From positions 1,088,001-1,152,000 of the forward strand of contig CBDCRP010000002.1 in the NCBI GenBank assembly GCA_965221165.1: a stretch of DNA of 64,000 bases, in the 5' to 3' direction. The notes under the pieces were generated by a model, which saw only the letters and a list, made by a program, of their open reading frames with translations, had not been told where the DNA came from and did not search any database. Of the stretch, positions 20,553-30,074 are shown piece after piece (position 1 is the first letter of the stretch; each line of letters opens with the position of its first letter). Position numbers and translations under genes: made by a program. Origin of the DNA: a bacterium. Lineage in GTDB: Bacteria > UBA8248.

Positions 20553-21736
20553 CACTTTTCCGGCCGCCGGATATTTTTGGTCGGAATGTAGCGGCCGCCC
20601 TTTCCGATGACGGTGAGGAAAACGGCGTCCGAACCCTGGTTGTCGCCTTTGCCGTAGCGGAGCCTGAATCCGCCGAGGTCGATGTTGGCCGCGCGGCGCA
20701 GACCCTGGAGAAGACAGGCTCGGTCGGGCTTACGCCCGCACAGCTCGAGGGCGCGGATGGTCAGCCTGCCGGCCATGTAGCCCTCGAAGGAGACGAAGCT
20801 GGGAACCGCGCCGGGCTTGTGGGCTTCCAGATCCCGCCGGTAGTCCGACGCGATCTTGAGGTTCTCCGTCGTCGGGAACGGAACCACCTGGGTGACGTAT
20901 ATACCGATGCCGGCGGGACCGAGTTCATGCACGAGCGCATTGCTGCCCACGAAGGAGATCGTCACGAAAATCGGCTCGAAACCCGTATGGCGCGCCCAGG
21001 CGATGAAGGCGGCGACCGGCTTGTAGGCTCCCACGAGGACCACCGCTCCGGGGTTCGCGCGCCTGATGTCGAGCAGGGCCGTTTTTACAGCCGTCGTATT
21101 TCGTGTATAGACTCCGGTGACCGCCGGTTTGAGCTTGCGCCGCTCGAGGGCGCGGCGAACGCCCCGGTAGCCCGCCAAACCGAAAGAATCGTCCTGATAG
21201 AGCACGGCGATCTTCTTGATCCCTAAGTCCTTGATCAGCCGGTTCACCATCTCCTCGGTCTCCTGGAAGTAGGAGGCGCGCAGGTTGATCACGTTCTTCC
21301 ATTTGGGATCGCGCAGGAAGGCGGCACCGGTGAAGGGCGCGATATAAGGGACGTTCGCTTTTGCGGCGACCGGAGTGGCGGAACGCGAAGTGGGCGTGCC
21401 GACGGCCCCGATGAGCGCGAAGACCTTGCTCTGCTCTATCAATCGGCGGGTGTTCAGGATGGCGGCTTCGGGTTCATACGCATCGTCGAGGGAGGTGAGT
21501 TCGAGCCGGCGCCCGTGAACGCCGCCGCGCACGTTCGCCGCGCGAAAGGCGGCTTCGATGCCGAGGCGCATCTCCTCGCCCAGAGCCCTCGCGGGGCCGG
21601 TGAAGGCGGCGGACTGGCCGAAAAGAATCCGCTGGGGGGAAATCCCGGGCACGGCTGCCTGTGCTCCCACCGCCGAGCAGAGGAGCGCTCCGGCGAGGAG
21701 CGAAAACACCCGGCGGATTCGGAACCAGAGCCTCAT
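20552..21736 (-). CDS. Orphan periplasmic ligand-binding protein (type I, LivK-like)
   Basis: Signal peptide, GQSAAFTGP, GGVHGRRLEL..LDDAYEP, YQDDSFG; stop overlaps the kinase start; no permease nearby. Confidence 0.88.
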   Translation of the reverse strand: MRLWFRIRRVFSLLAGALLCSAVGAQAAVPGISPQRILFGQSAAFTGPARALGEEMRLGIEAAFRAANVRGGVHGRRLELTSLDDAYEPEAAILNTRRLIEQSKVFALIGAVGTPTSRSATPVAAKANVPYIAPFTGAAFLRDPKWKNVINLRASYFQETEEMVNRLIKDLGIKKIAVLYQDDSFGLAGYRGVRRALERRKLKPAVTGVYTRNTTAVKTALLDIRRANPGAVVLVGAYKPVAAFIAWARHTGFEPIFVTISFVGSNALVHELGPAGIGIYVTQVVPFPTTENLKIASDYRRDLEAHKPGAVPSFVSFEGYMAGRLTIRALELCGRKPDRACLLQGLRRAANIDLGGFRLRYGKGDNQGSDAVFLTVIGKGGRYIPTKNIRRPEK

Positions 21737-22152
21737 TCACTCCTCCGCTTGACAAGGATCATATGGTTCCTGTTCTCCTCCCGTCGATAGGACACCTCGT
21801 CCATCATCGTCCGCACCAGATGGATGCCGAGTCCGCCCACGGCGCGATCTTCGATGCCCGATTCGGTGTCCGGAACGGGTGCATCGGTCAGCGGGTCGAA
21901 CGGCTTGCCGTCGTCTATGATCTCGATGGTCACCGCCTCCGCGTCCGAGACGAGTTCGATTTCGATTTCACCTGCGCCGCCGCCGCTCCCGTGGTTCACG
22001 ACGTTGAGCACCAACTCTTCGAGCACGAGGTCGACCTGGAATTCGACGTCGGGCGGCCACTCCTGCTCCCGCCCGAATTCCCCGATAGCGGCCTGGACGC
22101 GCGGGAGGTCGTCGGCTTCAAACCCCATGCGCAAGGAGAGTTTCGCGCTCAT
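21733..22152 (-). CDS. RsbW/SpoIIAB-like anti-sigma factor Ser kinase (HATPase_c_2)
   Basis: LEELVLNVVNHG N-box, DDGKPFDP, GGLGIHLV. Confidence 0.9.
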   Translation of the reverse strand: MSAKLSLRMGFEADDLPRVQAAIGEFGREQEWPPDVEFQVDLVLEELVLNVVNHGSGGGAGEIEIELVSDAEAVTIEIIDDGKPFDPLTDAPVPDTESGIEDRAVGGLGIHLVRTMMDEVSYRREENRNHMILVKRRSE

Positions 22153-23360
22153 CCGCTCGCTCCGATTCGATAAAGCGTCAGGCAGGTGATGTCGTCGAAC
22201 TGGGGCGCTCTGCCCGCGAAATCCTTCACCGCCTGAAAGATCGCATCGTTGATCTCCTTCGCGTTCTTCGGCGGCGAATTCGTGCAAATCTCGCGCAGCC
22301 GTTCGAGTCCGAACTGCTCTTGCCGGTTGTTCTCCGCCTCCGTCACGCCGTCGGTGTAGAGGATGATCGCATCGCCGGGCGAGAGGGTCGTGGTGTATCT
22401 TTTGTACTCGAACTCGGGCGCCACCCCGAGGGCGACCCCCGGATCCTGGGTGAGCAGGCTCGAGGAGCCGTCGGCGTGGACGATGAGCGGAGGATTGTGC
22501 CCGCCGTTGGCGTAAACGAACTCCCCGGTCGCCGAGTCGAAAACCGCGAAAAAGACGGTGACGAACATCGCGGCGTCGTTGTTCTCCTGGAGCATGCGAT
22601 TGACCTCGCTCAGCACGTCGCCGGGCTGGAGCAGACGGTTGACCTCGCCGAGCACGTCGCCGGGATTGGCGCGGGCGACGGCGACGCTGTTGAGCAGCGT
22701 GCGGCTCGACATCATGAAAAGGGCGGCGGGCACGCCCTTGCCCGAGACGTCGGCGACCGTGATGCCGACGCGGCCTTCGGGCAAGTCTATCACGTCGAAG
22801 AAATCACCCCCCACGTCACGGGCCGGCTCCATGTTCGCAAACACCTCGAAATCGGGAGATTCGGGAAATTGGGTCGGCAGGATCGACTGCTGCATCTTGC
22901 TGGCCAGGGCGAGATCGCTTCTCAGCGCGACCAGCTTGTCGCGCGCCTCGAGGGCCTCGCGCAGCATGGCCAGGTGCTCCAGCGTCCGTTCTATGGTGAT
23001 CCGCAAATCCTCGAAGTCGATCGGCTTGGTGACGAAGTCGAAGGCGCCCCTGTTCATCGCCGTGCGGATGTTCTTCATGTCGCCATACGCCGAGACGACC
23101 ACGGAGCGGACGTTGGGGTCGACCGAGGGGATTTGCTTGAGCAGCGTGAGGCCGTCCATCTCCGGCATGTTGATGTCCGTGAGCACCATGTCGATCTGCT
23201 CGCCATCGTCATTGAGGCGCTCGAGCGCCTCGACCCCGTTGCGGGCGAAGACGAACGTATAACGGCCTCTCCGAATCTCGCGCCGCATGCGCTGCAGCAC
23301 GAGTTGCTCGAGGTCGGGCTCATCGTCGACCACGAGAATCTTGTGCGGTTCTTCCATCAT
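22149..23360 (-). CDS. Receiver-PP2C (SpoIIE/RsbU/RsbP-like) phosphatase
   Basis: REC (VVDDE, TDINMP, KP) plus VGGDFFD, ADVSGKG, NGGHNPP, YTDGVTEA, DDIT. Confidence 0.93.
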   Translation of the reverse strand: MMEEPHKILVVDDEPDLEQLVLQRMRREIRRGRYTFVFARNGVEALERLNDDGEQIDMVLTDINMPEMDGLTLLKQIPSVDPNVRSVVVSAYGDMKNIRTAMNRGAFDFVTKPIDFEDLRITIERTLEHLAMLREALEARDKLVALRSDLALASKMQQSILPTQFPESPDFEVFANMEPARDVGGDFFDVIDLPEGRVGITVADVSGKGVPAALFMMSSRTLLNSVAVARANPGDVLGEVNRLLQPGDVLSEVNRMLQENNDAAMFVTVFFAVFDSATGEFVYANGGHNPPLIVHADGSSSLLTQDPGVALGVAPEFEYKRYTTTLSPGDAIILYTDGVTEAENNRQEQFGLERLREICTNSPPKNAKEINDAIFQAVKDFAGRAPQFDDITCLTLYRIGASG

Positions 23361-23797
23361 GGCCCCCCTTCCGCCAACATCTTGTCGCGCGCCTCGAAGG
23401 CCTCCCGCATCGACTTGAGATGCTCCAAAGACCTCTCGATGGTAAGCCGCAGGTCCTCGAAATCGATCGGCTTGTTGAGGAAATCGAATGCGCCCCTGTT
23501 CATCGCCGTGCGGATGTTCTTCATGTCCCCATAGGCAGAGACGATCACGCAGCGGAGCTTGGGGTCGAAAGCCGGGATTTGCTCGAGCAGCGTGAGGCCG
23601 TCCATCTCCGGCATGTTGATGTCCGTGATGACGATGTCGATTCCATCGTCCCCGTTCAAGCGCTCGAGCGCTTCGACCCCGTTGCGGGCGAAGACGAACG
23701 AATAGCGGCCGCTGCGAATCTCGCGCCGCATGCGCTGCTTCACGAGGTCTTCAAGGTCGGGTTCGTCGTCGACCACGAGTATCCTGTGCGAATCCAT
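23357..23797 (-). CDS. Single-domain response regulator, paralogue of the downstream REC domain
   Basis: ILVVDDEPDLE, TDINMPEMDG, SAYGD, KP; highly similar to the N-terminus of 22149..23360. Confidence 0.88.
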   Translation of the reverse strand: MDSHRILVVDDEPDLEDLVKQRMRREIRSGRYSFVFARNGVEALERLNGDDGIDIVITDINMPEMDGLTLLEQIPAFDPKLRCVIVSAYGDMKNIRTAMNRGAFDFLNKPIDFEDLRLTIERSLEHLKSMREAFEARDKMLAEGGP

Positions 23798-24181
23798 CGT
23801 CCCGGTCCCCCTATTGCCAGACTCCGCCCGACCAACGCTCAAGCATTTTCGAATTCCAGCTAAATGTATATAAGACTCACGCGGCGCGCAACTCATTTCG
23901 CAAGCCCGCCTCGTGATCCGGGCAAGGCGGCGCGGCGCCTCCTATCCCCTGAAACCCGGGCTTCACCGGCGCGCGCTCCCGGCTCGATACCGCCCCGCCG
24001 CCGGATTTTGCGCCTCTCGATTTTCCGCCCGGGAGCATCTCGACCTCCCGATCCCATGAGTCGATTCTGCGCCGAATGGGGTAAAACCTCGAAAATTTCA
24101 TCCGCCGCCCGGTTGTCCCCGCCCTTGCGTTTGCGTATTTTAGGGTGACGCCCGCCAGGGCGCCTACCCGCCAGGGTGGTC

Positions 24182-24808
24182 ATGCGCCGCCGATTGCCGA
24201 TTTCAAGAGGAAGACCCCCCTTGTCCCGCAAATCCAAAAGAAAAAACAAAGGCTCAGGCGCCGCAGGGCGCAACTCCTCGCGTCCGGCGAGAGCCGGAGG
24301 TTCCAAGAACAACGGCACGGCCTTGCTCGTCTGGGTGAGCGCCATCGTCGCGGTCGTCTTCGGCATCTATTACTTATCGGGCGCATCCGCGAACAAGGCG
24401 CGCGACGCGCCCTCCCTCGGCAACCGCCACATCCGCGTCGGGGCGAGCCACACCATCACCTACAACACGGACCCCCCCACTTCGGGGCCGCATTATCCGA
24501 CCATCGTCCGCTGGGGCGTGCACCAAAGACCCATCGACAAGGGCTTCCAGGTGCACAACCTGGAGGACGGCGGCGTGCTCGTGCAGTATAACTGCAGCGA
24601 TTGCCCCGAACTCGTGAAAAAACTAAAGTCCATCGTGCGCGGCTACCCCAAGTTCGTCATCCTCGCCCCCTACCCGGCCATGAAGCACAGGATCGCGCTC
24701 ACCGCATGGGGCAAGATCGACACGTTCGAGACGTTCGACGAAAAGCGCATCACGGGCTTCATCAAGGCCTTTCGCGGCATCGACCACCACCCGCGGGGGA
24801 GAAGATAG
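24182..24808 (+). CDS. DUF3105-like membrane-anchored protein
   Basis: YNTDPPTSGPHY, VHNLEDGGV..QYNC, IALTAWG; one TM helix. Confidence 0.78.
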   Translation: MRRRLPISRGRPPLSRKSKRKNKGSGAAGRNSSRPARAGGSKNNGTALLVWVSAIVAVVFGIYYLSGASANKARDAPSLGNRHIRVGASHTITYNTDPPTSGPHYPTIVRWGVHQRPIDKGFQVHNLEDGGVLVQYNCSDCPELVKKLKSIVRGYPKFVILAPYPAMKHRIALTAWGKIDTFETFDEKRITGFIKAFRGIDHHPRGRR

Positions 24809-24890
24809 GGTTTTCGGGGGAGCGGACGCCCTCCCCGCACAATATGCGCACAGATGCCGATGGACGGGTACGGTAAGGACTCCGCGCGTC

Positions 24891-26663
24891 TTAATTCCCG
24901 CCGCCGCTCGCCGCCGCCGGGGTTTCCACGCGGAGGGTCACGATATCCGTGTCATGGTATTGCTGGTGGCGAACCGAGGACGCGAGGTGGCGCAGAAGCC
25001 GGAGCGACACTTCCCGCTCGATGGGCGCGCCGACGGTATGCTCGCCGAGCAGAGCGATTCTGTCCTGGAGGTTCTCCTCGCCGCTTGCGGCGATGAACTC
25101 GATCACCGCCCCGCCGTCTTCCTTGTGCGCGACCAGGAGCAGGCGCCGCCGCTCGCGGCCCTCGCCTGCTTCATCCTGGCGGAGGAGCGTCAGCAGAGTC
25201 TCCTCGCCCGCGGCGTCGATGCGGTTCGCCATCGCCGCATCCCAGCCGCTCGCCGAGGCGAACGCGCCGAGAAACTCCCTGATCTTCGGCAGGGCCGAGA
25301 CGTCGAAGGCCACCTCGACCCGGCTGCGGCGGGGTTCGGTGAGTTCCACGAACAGGGTCATGAGAATGGCCACGAGGCCGCCGGCCGTCATCCCGTTGTT
25401 CAGAAGGCCGCCCGCGAACGTGGAGAAATACTCAGGAAATATCACGCCGTTTTGGAAGCCGACGCCGGCCCAGAACGCGACCCCCGCGACCAGGCCCTTG
25501 CGGTAGTCGATTCCGTCCTGAACGATCATCTTCATGCCGCTCACGAAGAGCATCGCCATCAAGACGGTGAGATAGGCCGCGGCGACCGGACCCGGTATCG
25601 CCAGCACCACGGTGATCGCCTTGGGAAGAAACGTCAGCGCGATGAACACCACGCCTGCGGCGATTCCCACGTTGCGGGCCGCGACCCCGGTGAGTTCGGT
25701 CACGGCTACGCTCGTCGAAGCGGCCGTGTTCGGCACCGTTCCCGCGAAGCCGCATAGCAGGTTGCCGATTCCGGTTGCGGCCACCGCGCCCTGCACCGCC
25801 CGGAAATCCACCGCCCGGGGCCGACGCCAGGATACGCGCTGAATGGCGACGGAATTGCTGAGCACCTGGATGGTGTCGATCAGGGTCACGAACACGAACC
25901 CGGGAAGCAGCGTCCAGAAAACCGGCCCGAAGCTAAGGTCCAGGCCCGGCCATTCGCCTTCGGGAAGACCGATCCACAAAGCCCCCGCGACGCGGCCCGT
26001 GTCGTAGAGACCGAAAAAACCGGCGACGAGCGAGCCTGCGACCACGCCGACCACGGGCGCCCACAGGCGAAGCGCGCCCGTCGCCTTGAGCGCGATTCCG
26101 ACGATGACGGCCATGGTCGCCAAGGCGCTCAGCGGCGCGGCGAGCGCAGGAGCGCCCTTCGGCGCGTCTTTCAGCATGTCGAAGACGATGGGCATCACCG
26201 TCACCGCTATCAGCATGACTACGGTTCCCGTGACGGTCGGCGTCAGTACCCGTCTGAACAGCGAGAGCCGCGCCGAAAGCGCGAACCGGAAGAGCGATGA
26301 GATGAGAACCAGGGTGGCGAGCATCGCCGGGCCGCCCTCGGTGAGCGCCGTGATGCAGACCGCGATGAAGGCCGGGGAAGAGCCCATGAGGAGCACGTAG
26401 CCCGCGCCGATCCGGCCGACCCGGACCGCCTGTAACACCGTGGTCACGCCGCTGATCGCGACCGCGGCGAACACGGCCCACGACAGGTAGGCTTCGGTTC
26501 CGCCGCCGGCCCGGACCACGGTCGTTGGGATAAATATCGAGAAGGCTATAATCACAACAACGAGCTGTAAGCCGAGCCCGAAGGCGAGCGCGGGAGGGGG
26601 CTTTTCGTCGGCCTCGTAGCGAACGTCCGTATTCGCGGGCTGGTCGGGATTTCGGGTGCTCAT
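24891..26663 (-). CDS. NCS2 xanthine/uracil permease fused to a C-terminal RsbW-like (HATPase_c-like) domain
   Basis: YEADEKPP...GLQ, TPTVTGTV, multiple TM helices, TGVAAR; soluble tail of about 125 aa resembles the RsbW at 21733. Confidence 0.82.
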   Translation of the reverse strand: MSTRNPDQPANTDVRYEADEKPPPALAFGLGLQLVVVIIAFSIFIPTTVVRAGGGTEAYLSWAVFAAVAISGVTTVLQAVRVGRIGAGYVLLMGSSPAFIAVCITALTEGGPAMLATLVLISSLFRFALSARLSLFRRVLTPTVTGTVVMLIAVTVMPIVFDMLKDAPKGAPALAAPLSALATMAVIVGIALKATGALRLWAPVVGVVAGSLVAGFFGLYDTGRVAGALWIGLPEGEWPGLDLSFGPVFWTLLPGFVFVTLIDTIQVLSNSVAIQRVSWRRPRAVDFRAVQGAVAATGIGNLLCGFAGTVPNTAASTSVAVTELTGVAARNVGIAAGVVFIALTFLPKAITVVLAIPGPVAAAYLTVLMAMLFVSGMKMIVQDGIDYRKGLVAGVAFWAGVGFQNGVIFPEYFSTFAGGLLNNGMTAGGLVAILMTLFVELTEPRRSRVEVAFDVSALPKIREFLGAFASASGWDAAMANRIDAAGEETLLTLLRQDEAGEGRERRRLLLVAHKEDGGAVIEFIAASGEENLQDRIALLGEHTVGAPIEREVSLRLLRHLASSVRHQQYHDTDIVTLRVETPAAASGGGN

Positions 26664-26812
26664 GTCGTATCCTTCCTGGCCGGGAAGCGGGTCTTCGAGA
26701 GAGCGGAAACAAGTATTCCATGCCGCACAGGGACGGAGTTTCTCACAACCCCTGCGGCCTCTCAAGAAAGAGAGGGGGATTGGCGGGGGGCTTGATAAGG
26801 CAATCCTGAATA

Positions 26813-27184
26813 GTGTATAAAAAGCGAAAATCAACATACTCAAGCCTAGCGTGGTGGAATCAACCGACAAGGACACCTTGCTGGGGATTCATTCAAGATC
26901 ACGTGAAAGATGGGGGGACGGTGTACATGGATGAGCATCCTTCTTGCCAAGGCATTCAGGGATTCGGCCATGAATCCGTGAAACACAGCGTTGGTGAGTA
27001 AATGAAGGATCAAGCTCATATGAACGACGCATACTACAGTAAGGGCATAAAACATTTTTGGGGAAATGTGGTAGAATTTGTTGGATTCCACAATCCCCGC
27101 CCGTTGGACACTCAAAATCTAATGCGTCAGATTGCGAATGACCTATCCGGTCAAAGGCTACGCTACAAGGATTTGGTGGCGTAG
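26813..27184 (+). pseudogene. IS1595-family transposase remnant
   Basis: TVYMDEH, HESVKHSVGE then in-frame TAA; ends GQRLRYKDLVA, typical of IS1595 C-termini; internal deletion. Confidence 0.72.
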
Positions 27185-28143
27185 TGCGAGAACAAATGGC
27201 TCTAGACATCCATTTGCCGGAAGAATCCTCGCTGACCGGAAAGAAAGCTACTTTCCTTGAATTGTTACGTAGTTCAGGCAAGATGAAGTACCGTCGCTAC
27301 CTTGCATCGCCCTTGCGCTATGCAGGGGGGAAGAGTCTGGCCGTCGGCATGGTTGTTGAGCTTTTACCGGACGATATTGACCATATCGTATCGCCGTTTA
27401 TGGGTGGTGGCTCTATTGAAATTGCCTGCGCCAATGAACTTGGTCTCAATGTCGTGGCCTACGATATCTTCGATATACTTTGTACATATTGGCAAGTTCA
27501 AATATCGGTGCCGGATGAATTGGCGAATCGAATGCGAGCATTTACCCCGAACCGCAAAACCTTTGCCACTGTAAAGCGACGCTTGGAGCAACATTGGAAG
27601 GCTGGAAAATCTTTAGATGCTTACGATCTGGCCGCACACTATTATTTCAACTCAAACACATCATACGGGCCGCACTTTCTAGGCTGGCCATCGGACATTT
27701 ACCTCAACAAAACCCGCTACGAAAAGATGGTAGAGAAATCAGCAGCGTTTCGTGCGCCAACATTGATGGTTGAATGTGGTTCGTTCGAGGAAACTATTCC
27801 ACGGCATACTAAGGATTTCCTTTATTGCGACCCTCCCTATTATCTCGAAGAAGGAAAAACTTTTGTTGGCATGTATCCGCACCGAAATTTCCCGATCCAC
27901 CACAATGGGTTTCGTCATGACATATTGCGTGATCTCCTCTTGAAACATAAAGGCGGATTTATTCTTTCCTACAATAATTGCGAGACTATTCGAGACTGGT
28001 ATTCCGACTGCGAGATGATTGAACCTGAATGGCAGTATACCTTCGGGCAAGGTGATACACGAATCGGAAAGAATCGACTCGAATTAAATGGTGGTTCGTA
28101 TATTAAAAAGTCACACGAACTTCTAATCTGGCGGCATTCATGA
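27184..28143 (+). CDS. N6-adenine DNA methyltransferase (Dam/D12 class)
   Basis: SPLRYAGGKS, PFMGGGS, YCDPPY, FILSYN. Confidence 0.92.
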   Translation: MREQMALDIHLPEESSLTGKKATFLELLRSSGKMKYRRYLASPLRYAGGKSLAVGMVVELLPDDIDHIVSPFMGGGSIEIACANELGLNVVAYDIFDILCTYWQVQISVPDELANRMRAFTPNRKTFATVKRRLEQHWKAGKSLDAYDLAAHYYFNSNTSYGPHFLGWPSDIYLNKTRYEKMVEKSAAFRAPTLMVECGSFEETIPRHTKDFLYCDPPYYLEEGKTFVGMYPHRNFPIHHNGFRHDILRDLLLKHKGGFILSYNNCETIRDWYSDCEMIEPEWQYTFGQGDTRIGKNRLELNGGSYIKKSHELLIWRHS

Positions 28144-28925
28144 TTTCCCCTGGAAGGCGTGGAGGTTCATCGGAACAGGCTCGCGCCTATCGACAAGCAG
28201 GGCACGACGACGCGACAATTTTTGCTCTACTTCTTGGCCTTGCTGATGGATACCGCCGTGATCCTAAAGCCAAAAAAGATGTTATTGACCCAGCTGGTGA
28301 TGCTCACTCACTTAAATCAGGAAAAAAGAAGTGGCAAGTGTTCCTGTATAGACGAAGCCGATTTCTGGAAGACGACGGATTTCAGGCGTTGAATGGCATC
28401 GGAACATTACTTGCTCACTGTATTGATGCTTTCCCGCCGCGCTATGAGGATTATCGGGGCAATGAAGCTGCGGCTAAAATCCGTTTACAGGCACCGATGC
28501 GAGAACTAAAAGACAGGTTTCAGCGCAAGGCTCTACTCCGTGCTTTTCTCAAGAAAGCAATATTCAACGGCGGTGAAGTGAACTACCTGACAATCTGCCA
28601 CGAAGATCGCTATCATGTGTATTGGAATGATGATGTCGTAAAAATAATGGCGAATGGGTTTAGTGTTGAAAATTCAAAGGCGCGTCCAGGAAGAAGGAAT
28701 GAATTTGACGATCAAAAGGTGCTATTCAAATATAAAGGGCTGAATGTTGGTGAACTAGAGATGCGTAACGATAGCGCAAAGCATTACGGCCAAGTTCGGT
28801 TCAATATGATAAAGGATAGGTGCTTCGAGCTATTGCAAGACGCGATGCTTGAATCATCGGAATGGTCTCCCGAAATCATCGTTTATGGTTATGCAGTGCG
28901 AACATTTGGAAAATGGAATTCATAA
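28140..28925 (+). CDS. Putative type II restriction endonuclease
   Basis: ATGA-coupled to the MTase, same AT-rich composition, KKDVID...SLKSG PD-(D/E)xK-like motif. Confidence 0.62.
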   Translation: MISPGRRGGSSEQARAYRQAGHDDATIFALLLGLADGYRRDPKAKKDVIDPAGDAHSLKSGKKKWQVFLYRRSRFLEDDGFQALNGIGTLLAHCIDAFPPRYEDYRGNEAAAKIRLQAPMRELKDRFQRKALLRAFLKKAIFNGGEVNYLTICHEDRYHVYWNDDVVKIMANGFSVENSKARPGRRNEFDDQKVLFKYKGLNVGELEMRNDSAKHYGQVRFNMIKDRCFELLQDAMLESSEWSPEIIVYGYAVRTFGKWNS

Positions 28926-28935
28926 AGACATTCTC

Positions 28936-29112
28936 ATGAAAAATCGAACCCTCACGCTCAAGTCCACAGACTACCAGCCGAGCAAGGCTGAACTGGAGAA
29001 AAAGGTGCGCATAAAAACCACACCAGAGAACCTTGCCAAAGCGATGGTTCAGGACGTGAAAATCAAGCACTCACCCGACGCCAAGCAGGCTGAATGCTAC
29101 GCTGGCAAATAA
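28936..29112 (+). CDS. Small hypothetical protein (YQPSKAELE motif), likely IS1595-associated
   Basis: MKNRTLTLKSTDYQPSKAELEKKVRIKTTPENLAKA. Confidence 0.45.
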   Translation: MKNRTLTLKSTDYQPSKAELEKKVRIKTTPENLAKAMVQDVKIKHSPDAKQAECYAGK

Positions 29113-29145
29113 TTCCTTAAATTTTGATGAGAAAATAACGGGCGC

Positions 29146-29247
29146 ATGCGGGACGCTTTTCATCAAGGCGTAAGGCCCAACCGGCGCATCATCTTCCGCT
29201 TCGAGGGTGAGGATGCGCACGACGTTGAACTCATCGACTATCACTGA
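29146..29247 (+). pseudogene. higB: Truncated HigB (RelE-family killer protein), C-terminal third only
   Basis: Frame reads ...NRRIIFRFEGEDAHDVELIDYH*, the canonical HigB C-terminus, just upstream of higA. Confidence 0.75.
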
Positions 29248-29263
29248 ATAAAGGAGGACCCCC

Positions 29264-29557
29264 ATGCCCATGAAGAGTCCGCCGCATCCCGGCAAGGTCG
29301 TGCGCGTCTCCTGTCTGGAGCCGCTGGGCCTGAGCGTGACCGAAGGCGCCAAAGCGCTGGGCGTCAGCCGCCAGGCCCTCTCGAACCTGGTGAACGGGCG
29401 CGCGCGGATGTCGTCCGAGATGGCGATTCGCCTCGCCAAGGCCTTCGGCTCCACGACCGAGACCTGGATACGCCTTCAGACGGCTTACGACATCGCCCTG
29501 GCGCATGAGCGCGAGGATGAAATCGAGATCGAGCGCTGCGAGCCGCAACCGGCGTGA
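29264..29557 (+). CDS. higA: HigA family antitoxin (HTH)
   Basis: [42 protein letters not shown]. Confidence 0.92.
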   Translation: MPMKSPPHPGKVVRVSCLEPLGLSVTEGAKALGVSRQALSNLVNGRARMSSEMAIRLAKAFGSTTETWIRLQTAYDIALAHEREDEIEIERCEPQPA

Positions 29558-30020
29558 GACGAACCGACTCTAAGCGAACTGCGCGGGCCAACCTCGACCG
29601 GAGAAGGGGACCCCCTGAGTCGCCTGCGAAATCGCACCCTCTCCCGCCACCAGCACGACGTGATTTAGCCGGACGCGCTCGCGGAAGCGCTCAGGAGTGG
29701 AATCCCGGACGAAGGCGTCCACGCGAAACGGGGGGTTGTTCTCCTCAAACGCTTCTTTCAGATCATAGACGAAGGCGGCTTTGGGCGGGTTCTGCGAACA
29801 CCGCCATGTCGAGATCGGATTCGGGGCGCGACGCGCCCTTCGCGCGGGAGCCGTATACCCAGGCGGCGGCCTGGGAAAAGGCGCTCATCATCGCAGGCGG
29901 AATGGATTCGTCAATAAATCGGGACGCGCATTTGCCCGCATTTGCGGTGTGCGCGGGCGAGCGGCTTCGGGTAAATTTCCCGCGGCGCTTACTCCGGGCC
30001 GCACCGGTAACATCGAATTC

Positions 30021-30074
30021 GAATATCTGAAAATATCTGAAAAATGGTGAAAATATCTGAAAATAAGTGAAAAT
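30021..30074. repeat. AT-rich 10-bp tandem repeat, about 5 units (consensus AAATATCTGA)
   Basis: gaatatctga aaatatctga aaaatggtga aaatatctga aaataagtga aaat. Confidence 0.75.

Noticed and set aside
18660-20591. 643-aa plus-strand ORF
   Set aside because: Antisense shadow of the histidine kinase with no recognisable motifs; the same applies to 3189..4526, 16236..17408, 22320..23534 and 51257..52204
29554-30030. 158-aa ORF after higA
   Set aside because: R/P/G-rich, no motif, no clear coding signal
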